Positions 1 to 14,044 of a stretch of 64,000 nucleotides of DNA are shown piece by piece (positions within the stretch are counted from its first letter, which is position 1; each line of letters starts with the position of its first letter). A program made the position numbers and the translations under genes. The DNA comes from Octopus vulgaris (Eukaryota). Location of the stretch: positions 16,802,001-16,866,000 of the forward strand of contig OX597822.1 of NCBI GenBank assembly GCA_951406725.2. Reading direction: 5' to 3'. Under the pieces are notes generated by a model. It searched no databases, had not been told where the DNA came from, and saw nothing but the letters and a program-made list of their open reading frames with translations.

Positions 1-55
1 AATTGTCTTACCTCCAGGGAGAACATCTGAAAGATGAAATACCTAGAAAAGGATA

Positions 56-134
56 ATGTGGGACCGGCGCCGGTTTCAGATTTTTCAAGATATGCCTGCA
101 CACATATGCTTGATCTATCTTCATCAGCCAACAT
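56..134 (-). ncRNA. Type I hammerhead ribozyme motif, inverted copy of 472-555
   Basis: TCATCAG at 121-127 and GACCGGCGCCGGTTTC from 62, the reverse complement of the plus-strand motif. Confidence 0.75.
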
Positions 135-471
135 ATACCACGACAACATTTCAGATGTTACAACATTAATACCAATACACTTGACTGAAACGCCGAAACG
201 CTAACAGAACGAGAACGGTGAAGAAGTTTCAATAAAATTAGTAATGCAATACTAGAGTATTGTTTTCCAGAATAGCCCGTGAGGGAAAAATATTTATTTA
301 CTTCTTTGTATATTTTTCCCTCACGGGCTATTCTTTACTGGAAAGCAATACTCTAGTATTGCATTACTGATTTTATTGAAACTTCTTCACCGTTCTTGTT
401 CTGTTAGCGTTTCGGCGTTTCAGTCGAGTGTATTGGTATTAATGTGGTAACATCTGAAATCTTGTCGTGGT

Positions 472-555
472 ATATGTTTGGCTGATGAAGATAGATCAAG
501 TATATGAGTGCAGGCATATCTTGAAAAATCTGAAACCGGCGCCGGTCCCACATTA
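472..555 (+). ncRNA. Type I hammerhead ribozyme motif, canonical core
   Basis: CTGATGA 482-488; helix II AGAT/ATCT (489-492/528-531) enclosing TCAAG/CTTGA; GAAA 532-535; perfect palindromic helix III ACCGGCGCCGGT 535-546; GTC triplet ending at 547; helix I TGG/CCA extended by ATG/CAT. Confidence 0.8.
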
Positions 556-818
556 TCCTTTTCTAGGTATTTCATCTTTCAGATGTTCTCCCCGGAGGTA
601 AGACAATTTTTTTCAAGTTTGTTGCACACACGCATTTTTGCTAGTACATACGCGGTGAAGCTATACATTAGCGTCGTATTATTACGTTCGCTATTTCCAG
701 TAAATATCGGTACTTCGTTGTGCCATATATTTACTTCTTTGTATATTTTTCCCTCACGGGCTATTCTTTACTGGAAAGCAATACTTTAGTATTGCATTAC
801 TAATTTATATATATATAT

Positions 819-1209
819 GTGGAATGTGGAAGCACTCCGTCGGTTACGACGACGAGGGTTCCGGTTGATCCGAATCAACGGAACAGCCTGCTCGTGAAAT
901 TAACGTGTAAGTGGCTGAGCACTCCACAGACACGTGTACCCTTAACGTAGTTCTCGGGGATATTCAGCGTGACACAGAGAGTGACAAGGCCGGCCCTTTG
1001 AAATACAGGTACAACAGAAACACGAAGTAAGAGTGAGAGAAAGTTGTGGTGAAAGAGTACAGCAGGGATCACCAACATCCCCTGCCGGAGCCTCGTGGAG
1101 CTTTAGGTGTTTTCGCTCAATAAACACTCACAACGCCCGGTCTGGGAATCGAAACCGCGATCCTATGACCGCGAGTCCGCTGCCCTAACCACTGGGCCAT
1201 TGCGCCTCC
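819..1209 (-). mobile_element. tRNA-derived SINE family A, tail type 1
   Basis: Reverse strand reads GGAGGCGCAATGGCCCAGTGGTTAGGGCAGCGGAC (A box) ... GGTTTCGATTCCC (B box). Head and body shared with copies at 26461, 52752 and 62745. Confidence 0.85.
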
Positions 1210-1394
<185 letters not shown>

Positions 1395-1473
1395 ATTGCA
1401 GCGTGGGAGGTGTTTATAAGCCATTTAAGAAACACACAAAAGCCGTTCGATTCACTCCAACATTTAAGTTTAA

Positions 1474-1523
1474 TTTGTCAAAATATTTTCGTCGCTAAAA
1501 TCCGCGACCTGTTCACTGACAAA
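1474..1523 (-). ncRNA. Variant hammerhead motif, inverted copy of 2701-2750
   Basis: Exact reverse complement within the left arm. Confidence 0.6.
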
Positions 1524-2700
1524 GTCCGTGCTGCATCTAAGAAAGTAACAGTTAGTTCGTCATATATATGTATGTACGTATGTATGTGTGTATGTATGCA
1601 TACATGTGTGTATGTATGTACGTATTCATGTCCGCACATACGCCTGTGTATGCATGTATGTATGTATGTATGTATATATGTATGTGTATGTATAAGCACG
1701 CACATACACTCTATAAAACATAAAGTTATAAACCTGTAGCGATGGATGGATGTAGAGTGACCACTCATCACAACGCTATCAAATTTCAACTCCCTACGGC
1801 CGAGGCTATGTTTGATACGAACAGTCGCACCTAGGCGTTGTACCCATTCACGGTTAGACGACGATGAGAGGAACAAACACACACCCACACACATATATAT
1901 ATATGTGTGTGCGTCTATACAAACATATATGTAAATATGTATACAACCTTCAGCTAAGTAACAGTCATGTACACAACTTGGACGGACACATGCCAGTACA
2001 CGGACATACGTTCACATACACATACACATGTACACACTCTCACGGACACATCTGCCCATTCTCCTAGACACTCACATACATACGTAGCACATGAATACAA
2101 ACATACATACATACCTACGTATGGGCATACACACGTACATACGCACGTACATGTACACACACACATACATGGGCACATGCATACGGGCGCGTATACATAC
2201 ATACGCACATGCGTACGTATGTACATACATACATACATACATACATACATACATACATACATACATACATACATACATACATACATACATACATACGCAC
2301 ATACATACATACATACGAACAATAGTAAAACATTAGTTCTGTGATATAGAGATAAAAATCTGATAATAGATTTTAGGGTATAGTTCTTGTGAGCAAGCGT
2401 CATAAATTCACTTTCTAGCCTCGGCCGTAGGGAGTTGAAATTTGATAGCGTTGTGATGAGTGGTCACTCTACATCCATCCATCGCTACAGGTTTATAACT
2501 TTATGTTTTATAGAGTGTATGTGCGTGCTTATACACACACATACATATATACATACATACATACATACATGCATACACAGGCGTATGTGCGGACATGAAT
2601 ACGTACATACATACACACATGTATGCATACATACACACATACATACGTACATACATATATATGACGAACTAACTGTTACTTTCTTAGATGCAGCACGGAC

Positions 2701-2750
2701 TTTGTCAGTGAACAGGTCGCGGATTTTAGCGACGAAAATATTTTGACAAA
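2701..2750 (+). ncRNA. Variant type I hammerhead motif with G3-C8 core
   Basis: Helix I TTTGTCA/TGACAAA; core GTGAACA plus one extra G; helix II GTCGC/GCGAC; GAAA; palindromic AATATT helix III; TTT triplet. Confidence 0.6.
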
Positions 2751-2888
2751 TTAAACTTAAATGTTGGAGTGAATCGAACGGCTTTTGTGTGTTTCTTAAA
2801 TGGCTTATAAACACCTCCCACGCTGCAATTGTTTTCGTTTCAGCACACGATCTCAGATCAAATTACTTGCTATGCGAGTACATCTCCG

Positions 2889-3015
<127 letters not shown>

Positions 3016-3016
3016 A

Positions 3017-3172
3017 TATACCAAGCACCCGTTACCTCACATCCATATTTACGGCATAGTAGCCAGTGGAGGTTTTGGGATACTTTGTCGTGTTTACGCT
3101 GGCAAACTTTCTGTGCAAGACTTTCACAAGCACTAACAATATGAGTCACGCTTCCGACCCTCTTCCCACACA
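3017..3172 (-). pseudogene. Fragment of an RLE-type non-LTR retrotransposon (R4/Dong-like), zinc-knuckle region
   Basis: [39 protein letters not shown] fits the C-x-HIxSxCxxLAxxxYxxRHDxVxxxLHWxLC motif that precedes the RLE domain. Confidence 0.75.
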
Positions 3173-3535
3173 TTCCGAGTTCAAATTCCGCCGAGGTCGG
3201 CTTTACCTTTCATTCTTTCGGGATTGAGTACTGGAGTCCATGTACCAGAGTTCATGTAAACTATTATCCCTCCCCAAAAATTGCTGGCCTTGTGCCATAT
3301 TTGAAACGATAATAATTATTATCAAAACGGTGGGCTGGCAGAATCTTTAACGCATCGGACAAAATACTTGACGGCATTTTTTCCGACTCCTTAAGTTCCG
3401 AGTTCAAATCTCGCCCAGGTCAACTTTGCCTTTCATCCCTTCACAATCAATTACAGTAAAAGTGCCAGTCAAGTACTGCGATCGACTTGCCCCTCCCCTC
3501 AAAATTACCGGCCTTGTGTCAAAACTAGGAGGGAT
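3173..3535 (+). mobile_element. Two decayed SINE family C copies
   Basis: GAGTTCAAATTCCGCCGAGGTCGGCTTTACCTTTCATTCTTTCGGG and a second diverged copy from ~3325. Confidence 0.7.
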
Positions 3536-4310
3536 TAATATAATTATTAACGCTGCTTGTTTTATATAACATTCCCTTTAATGGTAAAGCTGCGCGTATT
3601 TCGAAGCCGTCTGTGCATAAAATGGATGAGTGTTACAAAGTGTGATTGTCTACCGATACTATAATGCTGTTTTGTAGAAAGGGAGCAGCGAGTTGATATA
3701 TTTATGTGCTCTCTCTCTCCCTCTTTCTCTCTTCCTCTCTCCCTCTCCTGCTCTGTCTCAGCCTCTTTCTCTCTTTCACTCTATATCTTAATCACGCACA
3801 CACAACTTACTTTACACAATAAATACATACAACCCTCATGAGAAAGGTTACATGAGTTGAAATACTTCCAACGCCCATCTATGTAGATTGAATAAAAGCT
3901 TTTGCTTTTAACTGTGAGAAATGGTGTTTTTTCCTTCATCTAAACAGAAAAGGCTCGTCTAGGCAAATTTATTATATTTCCTAACAACATATTTCCACAC
4001 TGAAAAAGAAATCTATCGGAAAACACAAAGCTTAACGCTAGAGCTGTCTTGCATACAATTTGAAGATACAAACGTTTGGTTGAGATCTGTGCAAATTAGT
4101 GAGATCGTGATTTTGACATACATATATTAGCGACTACATTTTTAATCCGTGTCTGGTCAATGTTCAGTTGTATTAGGGCGATTATTTTGAAAATATTACG
4201 AATAAGCGTATAAGTTATGTCTGAGCAGGACTCGATCGCTAAAGTGTTTTCCATGCCAACAATTAAGTCACCGACAAATTACTGGTACATGTCTCCTTAT
4301 TTATCCTCAC

Positions 4311-4367
<57 letters not shown>

Positions 4368-4451
4368 CCTACCTAGACACACACACGCACACATATATGC
4401 GTGTCTGTTGGTATGTATTTATCTGTATTTATATATACATGAGAACCTGTA

Positions 4452-4895
4452 CTTTCTTTTATTCGTTTACTTGTTTCAGTCATTTGGCTGAGGCCATGCT
4501 GGAGCACCGCCTTTAATCGAACAAATCGACCCCAGGACTCGTTCTATCGGTCTATTGCCGAACGGCGAAGTTACGGGTACGTAAACACAACAACGCTGGT
4601 TGTCAAGCGATGGTGGGAGGACAAATACACACACACAAATACATTCATAAATACATACATACACACATACATACTTACATATATATATATACATACATTA
4701 TTTCATCTTTTGTTGTTTACACACCCGTCTTCGTCTTTTGTTTTGTTTGTTGTTTTTCAAATTCTAGCTATATATATATACGACGGGATTCTTTCAGTTT
4801 CCGTCAACCAAATCCACCATAGAAGAAGACACTTGCCCAAGGTGCCATATAGTGGCACTGAACCTGAAACCATATAGTTGGGAAGCAAGCTTCTT
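4452..4895 (-). mobile_element. tRNA-derived SINE family B, decayed and interrupted
   Basis: Matches the reverse complement of the intact copy at 63241-63626. Its internal microsatellite holds a short foreign end at 4708-4770. Confidence 0.75.
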
Positions 4896-4969
4896 TACAT
4901 ATTTTAAACACATATATAAGTACACATACACACACACACACACACACACATACATATATATATTGTTTC

Positions 4970-5150
4970 AGTGCTTAGCGGTATTTCGTCTGTCTTTAAG
5001 TTCTGAATTCAAATTCCACCGAGGTCGACTTTGCTTTTCATAATTTCGGGGTCGATAAATTAAGTACCTGTTGCGTACTAAGATCGATCTAATCGACTGT
5101 CCCCCCCTCCCCAAAAATTTTGGGCTTTGTGCCTCGAGTAGAAAAGAATA
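4970..5150 (+). mobile_element. SINE family C, 5' truncated
   Basis: TTCAAATTCCACCGAGGTCGACTTTGC...GGGGTCGATAAATTAAGTACC core and tail CTTTGTGCCTCGAGTAGAAAAGAAT. Confidence 0.75.
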
Positions 5151-5535
5151 TAGTTATATGTAGGTGTTTTTGTTTGTCTGCATGTATGTATATGCATGCA
5201 TACACACGCACACGCACTCGCACGCACTCACACATATAGTGTGTGTATGTGAGTGTGTGTGTGTGTGTGTGAGTGTGTGTGTGTGTGTGTGAGTGTGTGT
5301 GTGTGTGTGTGAGTGTGTGTGTACGTAATGCTGAACTTTGAGACATTTTTAACCGTTGCTTGCTTGTCCGTAATATAAAATGCATAAAACACAAAAATTG
5401 CACTTAAAGTTCAAATCTATGCGTCTTACAAGAAAAATTAGATACCAAAATGTCAGAAGTGAGTTGTTACTAATATTAACATTTTCCGGACTATTAACCT
5501 TGCCTTAAGTATATATAATCTATGCGCGCGCTCGC

Positions 5536-5574
<39 letters not shown>

Positions 5575-7187
5575 TGTGTGTGTGTGTGTGAGTGTCTGTG
5601 TGTGTCTGTGCCTGTGTGTGTATACACACACAGTGCTCTATGTTTCAATCGGTTTGATCTCTGGTCGTCATTAAGTATCTTATTCCTGGATGTGTACATC
5701 GTTGCAGATTCTCCTCGCTGCTGGCGTTGTATCAGATGAGAACATTATTACATTTTTTTTCTTCTTTCGTTTAGAAATAACTTCAAAAATAAAGGTTATT
5801 TGTTCGGATCCAATTCTGAACTATATTTACATCCAGTAATATACTACACCAGATGACCGCTTGAGATCACTGTCGTCAATAATCTCCAATCTGTTCAGCT
5901 GATAGTCCGGGAAATCATCCTCTAATTACTATAATAACTATTTCTTTTTTTCGTTTCTTCTTCATCTAGAACCGAACTCGGACACCCCTAACAAGCAACT
6001 TATGCAACAGACGTTCATTTTAGGTCGTTGGTCCACTCAATATCTCGTATCCATAGTGTCTCGTATTAATTGGTCAATGTTATATAAATTGAGATCTTTC
6101 GATCTTGCACCATGAATAGGCTTCCATAGCAACAACCGACTTTATATTCACTTCTTCAACAGTGACCAATAAACCTTAATCTCTTTGTTCTCGTAATGTT
6201 GTTGTTGTGGTTGTTGTTGTTGGAATTAGATTGCCATAAAGTCCGCCATTGGTGTTTATGTTTCTTTCATAATGTGTTAATTGTTGTTTGTAGTAATCTT
6301 GTTTTAGCACCGCCCAGCTGATTTTATTACTTTCTTACTAAAACAATATTCTTCATTATTTCTGCCGGGGTTTCTGATTGAGGCCCGACATTTCTAACAC
6401 ACAAGTGTCTTTGACACGTTCCTCGAAAATTAAAATATTCCACGTTTATAGACTCACTACCAAACAATACAGAAAACGTCTGAACTGTCAGTGTCACTGT
6501 ATAAGCAAGATAATCATATACATACTGTATATATAATGGATATATTGATGTTATATTATTTAAAATACTGATCTCATACTGCCATCTGGTGTAATATTAC
6601 TGAACAATCTGATGTATTCACAAGAAACAACTGCATATTAAAATGCTGATGAGTAACACATCTATAATTTGGGTAAAAATGTTTTGTTCCGATATAGAAA
6701 TCGGTAAATAAAAGGAAATAAAAGTTGCTGATTTATGCGAAAGCTAACCTAGTTGCAATTCAGTTAATACACATCGGTAAATTAGTTCGGCTCGGCTCAG
6801 AATGTCTCGAACATGTATCACTGCGGATATCAAAGCAGGTGAAAACTGAATCTGACGATCCACCAATTCTCTAAGTGATGAAGCTCTGCGTGTCTAACAC
6901 ACGGGTCTCTGCCACTGCCGTTCCATCATTGTACACACATTATGTTATTACGAGTCGATACTTGATATTCTCAAATGTTTATTGCTTTCCGCTACTAATT
7001 ATTAATTTTTTTATATCCATCTTAACAATTACGTTTCTATTGAAGCAGACTGAATGACGACCACGGCGTAAGGGCAACATCCGGGATATTTTGTGCTACA
7101 TTAATATGTCCACTTACTTTCTGATTACAAATCTCTCTTAGGTTCACTTTGGTTTTCGTCCATTAGGGATTCATGAACTAAATACCT

Positions 7188-7401
7188 ATTTCTTTACTAC
7201 CCTCAAAGGGCTAAACGCAGAGAGGACAAACAAGGACAAACACACGGATTAAGTCGATTATATCGACCCCAGTGCGTAACTGGTACTTAATTTATCGACC
7301 CCGAAAGGATGAAAGGCAAAGTCGTCCTCGGCGGAATTTGAACTCAGAACGGCTACGCATTTCGCCCGGCGTGCTAACGTTTCTGCCAGCTCGCCGCCTT
7401 A
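7188..7401 (-). mobile_element. SINE family C with 15-bp target-site duplication
   Basis: TSD ATGAACTAAATACCT at 7173-7187 and 7402-7416. The central CCTTTCATCCTTTCGGGGTCGATAAATTAAGTACC resembles the Meta-SINE domain. Confidence 0.85.
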
Positions 7402-8528
7402 ATGAACTAAATACCTGTTAATGCAATGTCACTTGCCCTAAATTTGTAACCTTGTGCTTATATTATAAATAATCTTTGCTATTCCGGTTTTACTAAAGCT
7501 TCTTTTATCCTTTAACCATTGCAAAAAAAAAAAACATACGATTTTTCTTTTTTTTTTTTTTTTGTTTTCATTTTATTTTTACCTTTGTTTCAAAAGCTTG
7601 ACTGGTTACAATAATATTGAACATGAAAATTCATAGCTTCAATCTTCAGACAAAATCTGCAACCAAACAGAACAAAAGAAAAATGTAATTTTGTTATTAG
7701 TGTGGAACTTTGATGCCATTATTGACCTGAAATGTTTATTCCGGACAATGAATGCTAATGCTCAACGCAATGAATGGCCAAGTGTTGAAAAGAATAAAAA
7801 GAAAAAATATTTCTAAATATATTCATGCCATCATTGCTGTTGTTTTTGATGAAAATTCTGAAATGCGGAGCGAAATCTATTGCGTGCATTTTCGGTCTGT
7901 AAAGTTCTATTCTCGTTGAGAATCCATTATCATTTGGTTTAATCAAAGATAACGTATCGCCAACTCAAATAAAGTCTAAATATGAAGCTAGGGACACACA
8001 CACACACAAACACACACACACACGCACGCACACACACTCACACGCGCATACAAACACTCACACAAGCACACGGCATTAAATTAAGGACAGTTGCTCTATT
8101 TTTCTTGGCGTTTTTTTCCCTTTCTTTTTGTCCATTCGAAATTTCAAAACGATACGCACTTCTAACTATGGTGCAGATATCTTCAATTAGATATGCTCTG
8201 CCTGTTATTCAAGAGATTACTTGCTGCAAGAAATAAGAAAAGTACGGTCAATTTGGTAGTTACGACATATCATTTCGACTGAAAAGGATTCTTTTGTTAG
8301 AATGCCTTCAAGCCATGTATACGCCATTTTCGCCTCGTTACTCATGATTATCTTAGATGAGGTTAATTCCTGTTTCCCAAAAAAAAATTGAATAAGATCC
8401 TTTAACCCATAATAATCAGTAGATAAACTATTCTTAGATCGTTTTTATTTCCCATTTGATTTGAAATTCGATCAAAAATTAGTTGTTGGTGCCACGCCAA
8501 AAGCTTTATTCTTTTGTGCGTACGTATA

Positions 8529-8585
<57 letters not shown>

Positions 8586-8587
8586 TA

Positions 8588-8679
<92 letters not shown>

Positions 8680-9063
8680 TTGCGTGTAGATGTGCGTATA
8701 TGTATGCTTCTGTGAGTGTGTATTATGGTGGATAGCATGAGTCAAATAACGGAACAGGTCATCTATTTATACAGACAGGAACTGCATCATTTCACATCTT
8801 ACTTCAGCAGAACAATTCTTAAACTTCTGAGATACACAAGTTCTTGAAATTCTATCATTAAGTTCTTATAACTCTATCTGGAAGAACAAAAGGCTACGGA
8901 CGTGATACATTCCAATTACATTTCCAAATTCCAAATCTTCGGATGCATTTGGCGTATACGTAATAAAAACTATTTTGACTCTATTTTCGAGTAATTCTTC
9001 GAATTATACGGAAATAAAATTATGTGTCTGTGTGCGTGGCGTGTGTATGTGTATGTATGTATG

Positions 9064-9790
<727 letters not shown>

Positions 9791-9841
9791 ATGCATATAC
9801 ACACACATACACACACATATATATATATGTATGTATGTATG

Positions 9842-9899
<58 letters not shown>

Positions 9900-9919
9900 G
9901 AGAGAGATTACATCTATTC

Positions 9920-10065
9920 TAGTACTCGACTTCTTTTATCGATTCCTAAAGGATGAAAGGCAAAGTCGACATCGGTGGGATTTGAACTCAGAAAGTAAAG
10001 GCGGACGAAACGCCGCTAAGCATTTTGTCCGGCATGCTAAAGGTTCTGCCAGCTCGCCGTCTTAA
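9920..10065 (-). mobile_element. SINE family C, partial
   Basis: GGATGAAAGGCAAAGTCGAC...TCTGCCAGCTCGCCGTCTT. Confidence 0.75.
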
Positions 10066-10219
10066 CCGATAACCGGGTAAATATTAGCGGTAGAAATACC
10101 AGATATTTTGTGAGAGGTCATGTGATATATGACGTCACCTGAGTATAGCTTTTTGTTTGTGGCAAAAGCAGAATGTTTACGCTTGAATAACACACACACA
10201 TATCAGTCGCACGACACTC

Positions 10220-10620
10220 GAATAAAATATAACATTAATAATAGACGGCATGAATAACGTATACAATGAATAAGAAATATATCACATCTTAACAGATGGA
10301 TGTCTGCTCTGACCTTCTGTTTGCCTGATATAAAATGTTTCAGTTAAACAGATGTTACAACTCTTTAATTTGTTTCTGAAAGGTTTTGCTATATCGAGGA
10401 AATCCCAGACAACCGTGCTGTCCTCCTTCTCTTTCTTTCGTTTTTCTCCTTCTTCTTCTTCTTCCATTTAAGATGTAATGTTTATTTTAGAATTTGCTGT
10501 TTCAAGAAGGTGGTCGCTTACTTTGCATTCGAAGTAGAATCTCTGTTAGACATGTGCGAGACATTATTATTATTCATCGTCTGCGATAGTTGAGACTTAT
10601 TTTCAGACAGAAATTCTTTA
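10220..10620 (-). pseudogene. Penelope-like retroelement GIY-YIG C-terminal relic
   Basis: VVWDFLDIAKPFRNKLKSCNICLTETFYI fits the W-x-I-x3-A-x-P-Y-x6-C-x-L-C-L-x-E-K-x2-I pattern of PLE endonucleases. Frame-disrupted. Confidence 0.6.
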
Positions 10621-10662
10621 TAGCAACCAGAGTAGTTTTTGCAAACGTCTTAAATTTATATT

Positions 10663-11090
10663 TTGGCTGTGTGATACAAAGGTTGCTTCCCAACCACATG
10701 GTTCCGGGTTCACTCCCACTGCGTGGTACCTTTGGCAAGTGTCTTCTACTATAGCTGAGGGCCGACTAAAGCCTTCTCAGTACATTTAGTACACAGAAAC
10801 TATTTGGTCGGAAATGCAGAGAAAAGAAGATTAGTCTCTTGAGAAGACAACGACGCTAATGTTCACAAATTACTGTAAATATATTTCATCTTTTATTTGT
10901 TTTAGTCATCAGGCTGCGGCCATGCTGGGGCACCGCCTTGAAGAATTTTTATTCGAATGAATCAACCCCAGGACTGGTACTCTGGCTATCGATCTCTTTT
11001 TACCGAGCCGTCAAGTTACGGGGACGCAAACATACCAATACCGGATGCCAAGCGGTGGTCGGGGTGGGGGAAGAGACACAAATAGACACA
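10663..11090. mobile_element. Two partial SINE family B copies in opposite orientation
   Basis: Head on + at ~10663-10800; tail half on - at ~10888-11090. Confidence 0.7.
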
Positions 11091-11138
11091 CACACACACA
11101 CATATATATACATATATATAACACACACATATATATAT

Positions 11139-11177
<39 letters not shown>

Positions 11178-11322
11178 GTGTGTATTTATATATGTATACA
11201 TTTGTATATATTTATATATGTATACATTTATATATATATATATATATATGCATATATACATATATATGTATATATATATGCATATATATATATATACATA
11301 TATATATGTATATACGAGTATA

Positions 11323-11372
<50 letters not shown>

Positions 11373-11391
11373 CATGCATGTATGTATGGTA

Positions 11392-11422
<31 letters not shown>

Positions 11423-11460
11423 CATACATACATACATACATACATACATACATACATACA

Positions 11461-11491
<31 letters not shown>

Positions 11492-13275
11492 TTTACCGAA
11501 TGTAGAACAGCGTAATTTTTCAAACGGGATTAAATACCAAAATCCTTTCCTTGAAATGCCACCCGAATTTGGTATTTCCTTTCTTCCTATTACGATAAAA
11601 TAAATACTAATAATAGAGTGAATATTATATATTATAGAATATAATAATGTATATATTTTTATAGACTAATAATATATTCAGCTGTAATACAGACACTCAA
11701 CCATTCCTTTCCTTTAAAGCAAAATGTACATTGTTCTAGAAAGTTTCTGTAAGAGAGAAAAAGGGAGAGGGAGAAAGAAAGAGAGAAAGCGAGAACGAGA
11801 GAGGGAGGAAAGCACTGGGAATTCTTACTCCATTGTGCGAAAAGGATTATTGGACGGTATGGTATCGATTATTATTGGTTTTGTTTTCCGGGATATTTTT
11901 TAGTTTTATTTTGCTTTCCATATATCTTGCTACAGTTATTCAAATGCTTTTACAAGCAAATTTCCACTTGTCAATAAAATTATGCACACGCGTTACAAAT
12001 GTTTTCTATTGAGGGGACAACAAGGGAAAAGAACAACCTTTGTCTACAATCAGAGCAGTAAACAACGCTGAAATATTTCAACTGGGATTGATCAGGACGT
12101 AGTTTGCCTCCATTTACCTCTTTACTTAATAGTAGGTCACCAGTCCTGATGTACTCTGCATGGCCAGAAAGTCTGGTACAAAACGTTTTGAAAGCAATCT
12201 GTCGGGTTAGGAATATTATGTCGTGCGTTATCTCTTATCTTTTACTGGTTTCAGTCGTAGCATTCGGACCAGGCAACAACTTGAAGGATTTCGTGGAGAA
12301 ATCCACCCCGGTACTTATTTTTAAAAAATCTAGTACTTATTCTATTCAGTCGCTTTCCAGGCCGATAAGTCACGGGGACATAAAGAAAACAACACCGGTT
12401 GTCAAACGGCCAGTAAAAAAAAAACACAAAGGCACATACACACATACATTTAATGCATATATATGGTCAGTTAAAGTTGAGACAGTGTCACGTGACAAGT
12501 TGCTGGGGCTGCCTGCTGGAGCCTAGCAGCAGGTATTTAATGGGAAATTTGACAAGACAGTCAGTTGCCCGCTGACACTCGTTGACGCTACATCGAAGAG
12601 GCCAGGGAACAGAAGAAAGAAGGAGAAAGAAGACATGCACCCAACACCAGAGCTGAAGACACCTCCGAAAGGGGGGGGGGCGCCACGTCAAAACGGTAAA
12701 GGAGTAGGGGCCGAAGCTGGACGTGGTTCCTCCTGATGATGTCTTGAGCTAACTGGATCCTATAAAGGAGCTGTTGTGGGAGCAGACAACGAAACATGGT
12801 TGAAATTCCCCTATACATATACACGCACGCACACACACATACACATAGACACACACACACGCACATACACATAGACACACACACGGACACACACACACAC
12901 ATATATATATATTTACATACGCACACACATACAAGCATGTATGTGTGTGTGTTGCATTATGTTACGGAGAACTAATATACGCGAAGGGATTCCACCTTAT
13001 TTCCAAAGACTTATTAACCGAGCACTCTCACTACTTGACTACCTGCCTTCAAATGCTACCTTGACATTCAAATAAAAAGCAGCACGAAAGCAATCTAATT
13101 CGTGTTTTTGAGATATTGTTTAACACCAAAGGTCTAGCAAGCTACTGCTGTGTGCTTCACGTGGATAATTAAACCTGACTGTATTTCACATTTGATCCTA
13201 GCATCCGGCTTAATTCTGTTAGTCTCCCACGAAATAACTAAGTATTTATTTGTTTATTTTTCACTTGTTTCGATC

Positions 13276-13357
<82 letters not shown>

Positions 13358-13360
<3 letters not shown>

Positions 13361-13757
13361 CATATCAAAGGGAAATGGAATTTAATTAAATTTAAAATAT
13401 TCAATCAAAATTTACATTTCCAGTGGTCTAACGTGCAAAAAAATTAGTCAAGAAGACTATATATTAGTTATACGATATAGTGCATATTTATACACATAAG
13501 GAATCCACTTGTGCTTGTCTTCTATCTTATATGTTATAACCCCAGGTTGGACCTCGCCGAAGAAGATCAGACCTTGCGAGTTCCCCCGACTTGCTAAAAG
13601 AAGATCAGAAACCAATTTGGTCCGGGGTACTTGATGGTAAATGTTTTTCATTTCCAAATTTATTCCTGTCGAATTTTATCCGTTATTTTTGTGGTTCTAT
13701 AATGTGTTGAATCTCACCCTAAGTGGATTCCTTATGTGTATAAATATGCACTATATC

Positions 13758-13760
<3 letters not shown>
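13358..13760. mobile_element. Hammerhead-bearing element with ~39-bp perfect inverted repeat between two (TA)n arrays
   Basis: ACGATATAGTGCATATTTATACACATAAGGAATCCACTT (~13472-13510) and its reverse complement at 13721-13759. Confidence 0.75.
13551..13628 (+). ncRNA. Variant type I hammerhead motif (CCGAAGA core)
   Basis: Helix I ACCTCG/CGGGGT; core CCGAAGA 13557-13563; A.A mismatch then GATC/GATC with inner GCGAGT/ACTTGC hairpin; GAAA 13608-13611; near-palindromic ACCAATTTGGT; GTC ending at 13622. Confidence 0.65.
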
Positions 13761-13812
<52 letters not shown>

Positions 13813-14044
13813 GTAGGATAAAATCTTTTTTTTTATCCTAGCATCCATTTGTACTTTTATGTGCATATATATATATATATATATAATGTATAGAAGTGTG
13901 GGGTTATATAAAGTCGTTGGCCCGAATTTCATGTTTGTTTTCTAATCAATGATTTTTTCTGCAATCCTTTATGTTTTTTTATGTTTCCATAAAAAGAAAT
14001 GAAAATTATTTCTTGTCAGATACATATATTCTTTTATTTGTGTC

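Larger units (their letters stand above)
1..805. mobile_element. Hammerhead-bearing fold-back and tandem element (Penelope pLTR-like / retrozyme-like)
   Basis: 1-292 is an imperfect reverse complement of ~311-608. 728-805 directly repeats 296-373 (period ~432 bp). The element ends in (TA)n and is cut by the window start. Confidence 0.75.

Noticed and set aside
5820-5925. Short minus-strand open frame EDDFPDYQLNRLEIIDDSDLKRSSGVVYYWM
   Set aside because: No pyrimidine-rich acceptor and no recognisable homology.
12650-12810. Hammerhead-like CTGAAGA and CTGATGA-TGTCT...AGACA-AC-GAAAC motifs
   Set aside because: Extra bases before GAAA and no convincing helix I; at most a decayed PLE end.
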